Shown one piece after another: positions 42,167-48,986 of a stretch of DNA of 64,000 nt. Source of the stretch: Pseudomonadota bacterium (GTDB lineage: Bacteria; Pseudomonadota; Alphaproteobacteria; Acetobacterales; Acetobacteraceae); NCBI GenBank assembly GCA_021845595.1, contig JAJZVV010000006.1:84361-148360 (forward strand). Direction: 5' to 3'. Under the pieces are notes generated by a model. The model was not told the DNA's origin. It worked only from the letters and a program-made list of their open reading frames with translations, and did no database searches. The position numbers and the translations under genes are program-made. Numbering within the stretch: position 1 is the first letter of the stretch; each line of letters starts with the position of its first letter.

Positions 42167-43674
42167 GCGCCGCCGCCGCCATCATCCGTGCCGGCGCGGC
42201 CGCCGACCAGCGCCCCTGGCCGCGTCATGCGCTGAGCCGCGACCGCTGGCAGGCGATGGCGGCGGCGCTGGGCGCGGCGGATGCGCCCTCGCTGCAAGGA
42301 GTGTGGGCCGAGGCCGAACGCGTCCACGCCTTGTTCCTCGATGCCGGATCGCCGCTATCGGCCTCGGTCGAGATCGCTGGCGGGACCTACCCGGCGCTGT
42401 CGCCGCACTGCCCCGCCGCGTCCTGGTTCGAGCGCATGATCCACGATCTGTTCGGCCATGCCGCCGAGGGTGGGCGCGATGTGCGGGCGTGGCTCGACCA
42501 CGGCGCCTGGGCCACCGCCGCCCCGCTCGGCCCACGCCAGGCCGCGTTGCCGCCGCGCGTCGGCGCCCCGGAGCCGCCGGAATTCCTCCTCGCCGAGGGT
42601 GAGGATCTGAACCAGATCGGGCTCGGGCCGGTCGCCGGCGCCATCGCCGAGCCGGCGCATCTGCGGCTCACCGCCCAGGGCGAGACGCTGGTGCGGCTGG
42701 AGGTTCGGCTCGGCTACGCCCACAAGGGCACGCTCGGGCTGATGCGGGGCACGCCGCCACGCGCCGCGGCACGGTTCGCCGCTCGCCTGTCCGGCAGCGC
42801 GACCGTGGCGCACGGGCTGGCCTATGCCCACGCCGTGGAGGCGGCGCTCGGCGTGGTCCCGCCGCCGCGCGCGGTGGCGCTGCGGGCGGTGATGGCGGAG
42901 CTGGAGCGCATCCGGTCCCATCTCGATGCCGCCGCCGCGATCCTCGCCGAGGCCGGCGCGGCCTTCCTGGAGACGCGGTTCGGCTGGCATCGGGAAGCGA
43001 TGCACGAGGCCGCCGGCCGCGCCTTCGGGCACCGGCTGATGATGGACGGCGTCGCGCCCGGCGGGCTCGCCACCGATCTCGCCGCCGACGGCGCCGCCGC
43101 GATCCGCGCCGCGCTGGAGGCGCTCGCCGCCGAACTGCCGGATCTCGTGCGCAGGCTGGACCGCTCGGCGAGCCTCGGCACCCGCATGGCCGGGATCGGC
43201 CGCCTCGCGCCCGACCTCGCCGCCGGGTTCGGCGCTTCCGGACCGGTTGGGCGTGCGTCCGGGCGTGGCGGCGATGCGCGCCTCGTGCCGGGCTATCCGC
43301 CCTACCCGGCGCTCGGCCTCGAGGTCCCGACCCGCGCCGGGGGCGATGTCGCGGCGCGGCTGCGCGTGCGCCTCGGCGAGGTGCCTCAGAGCACGCGGCT
43401 GCTGCGCGCCCTGCTCGACGCGCTACCCGATGGCACCATCGCGACCGCCCTGCCGGCGGCGAGCGGCGAGGGACTGGGCGTCGCCGAGTCCAGCCGGGGC
43501 ACGGTCTGGCACTGGGTGCGCATCGAGGGCGGCCTCATCGCCGCCGCCTTCGCCCGCGACCCCGACTGGCTGCACTGGCCGCTCCTGGAAGCGGCCATGC
43601 GCAACGGCATGCTCGAAGACCTGCCGCTCTGCGCCGCCTCCTTCGGCCTCACCAGCTCGGGAGTGGACCTGTGA
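42163..43674 (+). CDS. Fused NuoC-NuoD / HycE(HyfG)-like large subunit lacking the [NiFe] cysteine ligands
   Basis: 503 aa starting at ATG 42163 (ATGA overlap). The NuoC-like part reads YPALSPHCPAASWFERMIHDLFGHAAEG. The large-subunit part reads GLGPVAGAIAEPAHLRLTAQGETLVRLEVRLGYAHKG. The L1 position reads RLSGSATVAH instead of RxCGxCxxxH. The C-terminus SFGLTSSGVDL replaces (S)FDPCxxCxxR. Confidence 0.8.
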   Translation: MSAAAAIIRAGAAADQRPWPRHALSRDRWQAMAAALGAADAPSLQGVWAEAERVHALFLDAGSPLSASVEIAGGTYPALSPHCPAASWFERMIHDLFGHAAEGGRDVRAWLDHGAWATAAPLGPRQAALPPRVGAPEPPEFLLAEGEDLNQIGLGPVAGAIAEPAHLRLTAQGETLVRLEVRLGYAHKGTLGLMRGTPPRAAARFAARLSGSATVAHGLAYAHAVEAALGVVPPPRAVALRAVMAELERIRSHLDAAAAILAEAGAAFLETRFGWHREAMHEAAGRAFGHRLMMDGVAPGGLATDLAADGAAAIRAALEALAAELPDLVRRLDRSASLGTRMAGIGRLAPDLAAGFGASGPVGRASGRGGDARLVPGYPPYPALGLEVPTRAGGDVAARLRVRLGEVPQSTRLLRALLDALPDGTIATALPAASGEGLGVAESSRGTVWHWVRIEGGLIAAAFARDPDWLHWPLLEAAMRNGMLEDLPLCAASFGLTSSGVDL

Positions 43675-44201
43675 CGATCTGGCAGCGGTTGCGGCACACG
43701 CTGCGCCACGGGCCGGCGACCCTGCCGGCAGCGGCGCCATCGGCGGAGACGGCGGCGGCGCTGGCGGCGCGGCTGGACGCGGCGGCGCAGCGCCGGCTCG
43801 GGCGCAGCCTCGCCATCCGCCATGTCGGCGCCGGCGGCTGCGATGGCTGCGAGCTCGAACTGCGCGCGCTGACCGGCATCGTCTACGACCTCGAACGGTT
43901 CGGCCTGCGCTTCGTCACCAGCCCCCGCCACGCCGACATCCTGCTCGCGACCGGCCCGCTCACGCGCAGCATGGCCGAGGCGCTGGCGCGCACGCACGCG
44001 GCCATGGGCGAGCCGAAATGGGTCGTCGCGGTCGGCGACTGCGCCATCGACGGCGGCGTGTTCAAGGGCAGCTACGCCTGCCTCGGCGGCATCACGACCC
44101 TGCCCGTCGATCTCGTCATCCGCGGCTGCCCGCCGACGCCGTGGCAGGTGCTGGAGGGGCTGCGGGCGCTGATCGAGGCCAACGCGGCGCCGGCGCGCTG
44201 A
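43671..44201 (+). CDS. HycG/HyfI/NuoB-like small subunit ([4Fe-4S] ligands retained)
   Basis: 176 aa starting at GTG 43671 (GTGA overlap). GAGGCDGCELE, VAVGDCAIDGGVF and IRGCPPTP give the four-Cys pattern of the proximal/N2-type cluster of the NuoB/HycG family. Confidence 0.85.
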   Translation: MTIWQRLRHTLRHGPATLPAAAPSAETAAALAARLDAAAQRRLGRSLAIRHVGAGGCDGCELELRALTGIVYDLERFGLRFVTSPRHADILLATGPLTRSMAEALARTHAAMGEPKWVVAVGDCAIDGGVFKGSYACLGGITTLPVDLVIRGCPPTPWQVLEGLRALIEANAAPAR

Positions 44202-44214
44202 GCGGACCCGGACG

Positions 44215-44631
44215 ATGCTGCATCTCGTCAAACTCGCCGTCGGCATCCGCGATGTGGCGCATCTGGCCGCGGTGCAGCAGGCGCGGGCGGCTGCCGATCC
44301 GCCGCTGCGGCACCTGACCCGCAACAATCCGAGGCGCGCCAGCGAGATCGTCGCCGGCGGCTCGATCTACTGGAGCATCGCCGGCACCCTCCAGGTACGC
44401 CAGCGCATCCTGGCCATCGAACCGGCCACGCGCCCGGACGGCAGTGCCTGCACCGCGCTGGTCCTCGAACCGGCGCTGGTGCGCGTCGTCGCCCAGGCGA
44501 TGAAACCCTTCCAGGGCTGGCGCTATCTGCGCCCCGAGGATGCGCCGCCCGACCTCGCCGAGGCCTCCAGCGACGCCGACGGCATGCCGCCTTCCATGCA
44601 GGCGGCCCTGCGCGCGCTCGGCCTGCTATAG
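44215..44631 (+). CDS. DUF1489 family protein
   Basis: MLHLVKLAVGIRDVAHL...HLTRNNPRRASEIVAGGSIYWSIAGTLQVRQRILAIE matches my recollection of the conserved alphaproteobacterial DUF1489 pattern. It starts 13 nt after the small-subunit stop. Confidence 0.7.
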   Translation: MLHLVKLAVGIRDVAHLAAVQQARAAADPPLRHLTRNNPRRASEIVAGGSIYWSIAGTLQVRQRILAIEPATRPDGSACTALVLEPALVRVVAQAMKPFQGWRYLRPEDAPPDLAEASSDADGMPPSMQAALRALGLL

Positions 44632-45501
44632 GCGCCCGCCCGGCCCGTCCGGGTCGGCCATCGCCAGCACCGCCGCGGGCGAGAACCCGGCGGCGCGCAG
44701 CGCGCGCAGGCTCGGCGCCCCGTCGCGCTTGGCCAGCCGCCGTCCGGCTGCATCCGCGAGCAGCCGATGGTGCGCGTAGCGCGGCGCCGGCCAGCCGAAC
44801 AGGGCCTGAAGCAGCCGGTGCAGGTCCGTCGCCGGCTGGAGGTCCTCGGCCCGGGTGACCAGGGTCACGCCCTGGAGCGCATCGTCGTGGGTGACGCAGA
44901 GATGGTAGCTCGCCGGCATGTCCTTGCGCGCCAGCACGACATCGCCGAAGCGCTCCGGCGCGCAGACGCGGCGCCCCTCGCCCAGCTCCTCGAAATCCAA
45001 CGGCGCCGCCAGCGTGGCGAGCGCGCGGCCGATGTCGAGCCGGAGCGCATAGCGTTCGCCCGTCTCCAGCCGGCGCCGGCGCTGCGCGGGCGCCAGCGCG
45101 CGGCAGGTGCCCGGATAGACCGCGCTGCCATCCGGCGCGTGCGGCGCCGCACCCGCTGCTGCCACCTCGCGCTGGATGTCGGCGCGCGTGCAGAAGCACG
45201 GGTAGAGCAGGCCGCGCGCGGCGAGGGCATCGAGCGCGGCGGCGTAGTCCTCCATGTGCGCGGACTGCACCCGCACCTCGCCGTCCCAGTGGAGCCCGAG
45301 CCAGGCGAGGTCTTCGCGGATCGCGGCGGCGAACTCGGCGCGGCAGCGGCTGGCATCGATATCCTCCAGCCGCAGCAGAAACCGCCCGCCCGCCCCCCCA
45401 CCGGCCCGCCGCGCCGCGCGCCAGGCACGGAGCGCGGCATGGGCGTGGCCGAGATGGAGCAGTCCGGTCGGGCTCGGGGCGAAGCGGGTGACGAATTCCA
45501 T
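44626..45501 (-). CDS. gluQ: tRNA glutamyl-Q(34) synthetase
   Basis: MEFVTRFAPSPTGLLHLGHAHAAL (HIGH motif) and LLRLEDID are present. It is a truncated GluRS-like catalytic domain of 291 aa with no anticodon-binding domain. Confidence 0.88.
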   Translation of the reverse strand: MEFVTRFAPSPTGLLHLGHAHAALRAWRAARRAGGGAGGRFLLRLEDIDASRCRAEFAAAIREDLAWLGLHWDGEVRVQSAHMEDYAAALDALAARGLLYPCFCTRADIQREVAAAGAAPHAPDGSAVYPGTCRALAPAQRRRRLETGERYALRLDIGRALATLAAPLDFEELGEGRRVCAPERFGDVVLARKDMPASYHLCVTHDDALQGVTLVTRAEDLQPATDLHRLLQALFGWPAPRYAHHRLLADAAGRRLAKRDGAPSLRALRAAGFSPAAVLAMADPDGPGGRL

Positions 45502-45665
45502 CCATGCGGCCTGTGCGAAGCGCCGAGCATAGCGGTTCCCCGCGCGCCGGCGACAGATCGCCCGCCCCCCCGCGCGAGCGGGCCGATCAAGCCAACGCCC
45601 GGAAGCGGACCGTGCCCTGGAAACGATAGGGCTGGCGATCCGCCCCGCTTTTCAGCAGCAAGGAT

Positions 45666-45790
45666 AGCAAGCGTAGGGTGGGGTGCCTTCGCACCCCACC
45701 GCCTGTGCCGGTCGCCATGCTGCTATCTGCCGACCTGCCGAAAGTTGGTGGGGTGCGAAGGGCACCCCACCCTACGCTTGCTACGCTTGC
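45666..45790. repeat. Inverted pair of REP-like palindromic elements plus a 9-nt duplication
   Basis: agcaagcgtagggtggggtgccttcgcaccccacc (45666-45700) and its inverse ggtggggtgcgaagggcaccccaccctacgcttgct (45747-45781) form the pair. Each contains its own GGTGGGGTGC/GCACCCCACC hairpin. They are followed by ctacgcttg-ctacgcttg. Confidence 0.8.
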
Positions 45791-45791
45791 T

Positions 45792-46883
45792 CTAGCGGGC
45801 ACTCACCCCGTAGGTCGCCACCAGGCCCTTGATGATATTCGTCTGCCTCTCCGCCTTCAGGGCTTCGGTGATCTTTTTCAGCTCACTGAGGAGGACGAAT
45901 TGCTTGACATAGGCCGGATTGGCCCTGCGCTCGCCATCATCCGGGAAATCCTCTTTCAGCTTCGCCAGCGCAGTCTCGGCTTTTTCAATTTGAGCCTGGA
46001 CCTCGGCCACTTGCTTTTTGAGTTTGTCGTTGTCTTTTTGCCCCGTGGGCGTTGTGGACGACTTTTCCCCCGCGGCGTCGGTATAGGCAGTGCCGGGCTG
46101 GCCCTTCACGGAGGCATGCTCGTAGCCGTTCTTTTTCAGTAGCTGCCACACGGAGCGGGCAAACGATTCATAGTCATAATCCGAGTTCGGAGGCGCGATC
46201 CCGCCGGCCGCGGTGAAGCAGCCGCTGAGCCAGACCGTTCCGGAGAAATTCTTGCTGAGGCGCTTCCTCTTGTCGCCCGAGGTCAGCAGATCGACGATCT
46301 GTTGCGGCGTGCGCTTGCCCAGCTTTGTCCCGATGATCGTGCCGTTGACTTCGACCCGGCTGCCATGGGCGGCAAGAATGACGTAGCCGGAGGTGAGATC
46401 GCCGAATTCGGCGTCATCCGGTTCCTCGACCGTGGTGCCGAACTTCTTGGCCTGCGCTTTCGCGGCGTTGTCGATGGTCTTGTCACCCTTCTGCAGGTTG
46501 ACGACCGCATTCGCCTGGTTCTGGGACGCCGTCACGATGGAGGCGAAGTCCTTGCGGATCACCACGGTATCGTCGATTTTCGCCGGCTTGCCCTTGCGCG
46601 ACAGGATTCCGCTCACCGTCAGCGCAAGTTGGCCCTTGGTGTCAATGCCCGCGCGCACCGAGAGCTCATTTGACGTGCCCTTGATCTCTTTCTGATAATT
46701 ACTGATCGTCGACATCGCGTCCGACAGCCCCGGAAGCTTGATGCCCTGCAAATCCAGAACGCCCTCGTCCTTGCAGTAAGCAACGACCGCCGTGTTCAGC
46801 TCCGAAGCAATGTCCTTCACGTCCGACAGGTTTTTCGGCGTATTGCTGCCCTTTTTCGGGTAGATGTACGTTTCGAGTGCCAT
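45792..46883 (-). CDS. Hypothetical Lys-rich protein (363 aa) in a lower-GC islet; possible His/Cys (clan CD, C80-like) protease core plus C-terminal coiled coil
   Basis: ATG 46883 (MALETYIYPKK) is preceded by GAGGGGGTGGGGAA. The composition (many K, N, T, S) is unlike its neighbours. The core GYVILAAHGSRVEVNGTIIGTKLGKRTPQQIVDLL...GTVWLSGCFTAAGG has a hydrophobic strand ending in HG, and about 46 aa later a hydrophobic strand ending in GC. The C-terminal ~90 aa is heptad-like (KLKKQVAEVQAQIEKAETALAKLKE). I recognise no family with confidence. Confidence 0.6.
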   Translation of the reverse strand: MALETYIYPKKGSNTPKNLSDVKDIASELNTAVVAYCKDEGVLDLQGIKLPGLSDAMSTISNYQKEIKGTSNELSVRAGIDTKGQLALTVSGILSRKGKPAKIDDTVVIRKDFASIVTASQNQANAVVNLQKGDKTIDNAAKAQAKKFGTTVEEPDDAEFGDLTSGYVILAAHGSRVEVNGTIIGTKLGKRTPQQIVDLLTSGDKRKRLSKNFSGTVWLSGCFTAAGGIAPPNSDYDYESFARSVWQLLKKNGYEHASVKGQPGTAYTDAAGEKSSTTPTGQKDNDKLKKQVAEVQAQIEKAETALAKLKEDFPDDGERRANPAYVKQFVLLSELKKITEALKAERQTNIIKGLVATYGVSAR

Positions 46884-47108
46884 TTCCCCACCCCCTCGGT
46901 GTACGACCTGAGATGCTATCACGCATTGCAGGTCTCAGCAATGAATCTACGCGGTTCTGCGTTTCATCAGGCCGTCAATCGCTCTGGTCCGCTCCGTCCC
47001 TGTGCTTCTTGCGTGCCCGCCCGGCCAAGCCGGTCCCGCAGGCGCGCCGGGAGCCGCACTCGCATTGCGCCGGCCGCCATCCCGGCGCTCGCCGTCGTGG
47101 CGAAAATC

Positions 47109-47135
47109 GGCGGGGTGCGAAGGGCACCCCACCCT
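47109..47135. repeat. Third copy of the REP-like element
   Basis: ggcggggtgcgaagggcaccccaccct has the same orientation as, and is near-identical to, the copy at 45747. Together the two bracket the lower-GC gene and its upstream region. Confidence 0.75.
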
Positions 47136-47143
47136 CTGCACCC

Positions 47144-47992
47144 TCACCCCAGATCGAGCATCACCGCACCGAGCAGAATCGTCAGCGCGGCGAGAATGGC
47201 CCGCTTGTGCGGGCGTTCGTTCAGGAACAGCCAGGCGAAGGCGACGCCGAAGACCATCGCCGATTCCCGCAGCGCCGCCACTGCGCCGATCGGCGCCAGC
47301 GTCATCGCCCACAGCGCCAGCGTGTAGGAGGCGACCGAGCACGCGCCGCCGCCCACGCCGCGCGCGAGGATGGCGCCGGCCGATTCCTCGGCGAACACGC
47401 GGCCCACGCGGCCGCGCAGCAGGATCAGCGCGGTCGGCACGCCGGGCAGCACGAAGGTCCACAGCGCATAGGCGATCGGCGAATGCGAGAGGCGTGCGCC
47501 GATGCCGTCATTGACGGTGTAGAGCGCGATGACGAGCGCGTTTGCCAGCGCGACCGCCAGCGCCCGGCCCTCACCGGACACGCCGCGGCGGCGGGCCTGC
47601 AGGGAAACGCCGGCCGAGATCGCCACCAGCCCGGCCCAGCCCGCCGGCCGCAGCCGCTCGCCGAAGGCCACCGCCGCCAGCACCGCCGCCAGTGCCGGCG
47701 CCGTGCCGCGCATCACCGGGTAGGTGAGGCTGATCGCGCCGAGGGCGTAGGCTTCCGCCACCAGGTTGAAATAAACGACGTGCAGGACAGCGGAAATCGC
47801 CAGGTGCGGCCACGCCGCGGCGTCCGGCGCGGGCAGGGCCGGCAGCGCGGCGGCGCCGAGCAGGCTCGTCGAGACCGCCAGCACCGCCGTCGCCTCGCGC
47901 TGCCGCGCGCCGGAGCGGAGGCCCACATTCCACGCCGCATGCAGCGCCGCCCCGACCAGCACCGAAGCGGCGGCGGCCGGCGGCAGGATCAT
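47144..47992 (-). CDS. EamA/DMT-superfamily transporter
   Basis: 282 aa with about 10 TM segments and duplicated EamA-like halves (YPVMRGTAPALAAVLAAVAFGERL; LRESAMVFGVAFAWLFLNERP). Confidence 0.8.
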   Translation of the reverse strand: MILPPAAAASVLVGAALHAAWNVGLRSGARQREATAVLAVSTSLLGAAALPALPAPDAAAWPHLAISAVLHVVYFNLVAEAYALGAISLTYPVMRGTAPALAAVLAAVAFGERLRPAGWAGLVAISAGVSLQARRRGVSGEGRALAVALANALVIALYTVNDGIGARLSHSPIAYALWTFVLPGVPTALILLRGRVGRVFAEESAGAILARGVGGGACSVASYTLALWAMTLAPIGAVAALRESAMVFGVAFAWLFLNERPHKRAILAALTILLGAVMLDLG

Positions 47993-48048
47993 GCCCGCCA
48001 GCCCGCCCCGCTCCCGCCGGCCATCTCACACCGCCCGGGTGCCGCGGT

Positions 48049-48810
48049 TCAGCCGCCGAGCTGCTTGACGTATTTGGTGAAGAAGTTGACCCGGTCGAGC
48101 AGCTTGTCGTTCAGACCGCGGCAGGCCTTCGCCTTGGCGGCGACGGTGGCGGCGAGCGTCTGGGCGTCGTCGCAGAGCGCATCCGTGCTCGGCAGGAACA
48201 CCGCCGACTTGCGCCTTTTCAGCACCGAGGCCGCGGAATCCGCGGCGCTCTCGCCGGTGGTGATCTGCCCGCCCACCTCCTTCACCCGCTGCGTGAGCTG
48301 CTTCAGCACCGGGCTCAGCGCCTTGATCTTGTCGGCGGGGTTCTTCGTTTTCTTGTCGATGTCGTCGAGGGTTTCGGCCTCGCCGGGCAGCGTGATCGCG
48401 GCGCCGCCGAGAAACTCCGCGCTGTCCTTGAGCTGCTTGAGGACGGGGCCGAGATCCTTGGCCATCGCGCCGTCCTCGTCCTCGGCCTTGTCGGCGTAGC
48501 CGGCGTACTGGTCGAGGTTGGTGCGCAGCGAGGCCAGTGCCGATTTCGCATCCTTGATGGAGTCGGCGAGGGATTTCTTCAGCTTGGCATCGATGCCGGA
48601 CTTCTGCACGTCCTTGTTGAGCTTCTCGGCCGCGGCGATCTGCTTGTCGCAGCCGTCCGCGTCCTTGCCGAAACCGGCGATGTCGGCCTTGATCTGCTTG
48701 AACCCGACCTTGCGGTCCTTGAAATAGCCTTGAATCTTGTCGGCCATGCCGCCGGCGAGCTTGGGATAGGTGTCGAGCAGGGCAACCGCGTCCTTCGCGT
48801 CCTGCGCCAT
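48049..48810 (-). CDS. Hypothetical Lys/Asp-rich all-helical protein (about 253 aa)
   Basis: MAQDAKDAVALLDTYPKLAGGMADKIQGYFKDRKVGFKQIKADIAGFGKD... There is no signal peptide, and the composition is unlike the neighbouring genes. I recognise no family. An alternative GTG start at 48861 adds 17 aa. Confidence 0.55.
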   Translation of the reverse strand: MAQDAKDAVALLDTYPKLAGGMADKIQGYFKDRKVGFKQIKADIAGFGKDADGCDKQIAAAEKLNKDVQKSGIDAKLKKSLADSIKDAKSALASLRTNLDQYAGYADKAEDEDGAMAKDLGPVLKQLKDSAEFLGGAAITLPGEAETLDDIDKKTKNPADKIKALSPVLKQLTQRVKEVGGQITTGESAADSAASVLKRRKSAVFLPSTDALCDDAQTLAATVAAKAKACRGLNDKLLDRVNFFTKYVKQLGG

Positions 48811-48986
48811 TTTCTTTTCGTCGTCGGCCACCGCGTCCCCCCCCCGCCTGGCCGGTCGCACCGGCCGCGTTTTCCCCCCGGAAATCTGGCACAGCGGGCG
48901 GACGGCGACAATCGGGGCGTGTGCCGGCCCGCTCGGGTGGGCCGCGATTCAGCCAACGCCCTGAAGCGGGCGTCGGCGTCGCCCCG

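Noticed and set aside
36989-44201. Calling the cluster hydrogenase-4 or formate hydrogenlyase (hyf/hyc)
   Set aside because: Gene order and folds fit. However, the large subunit has no Cys at any of the four Ni-Fe ligand positions. No HycF/HyfH, fdhF, hyp or hycI genes are nearby. I therefore annotate it only as hydrogenase-related (Ehr-like).
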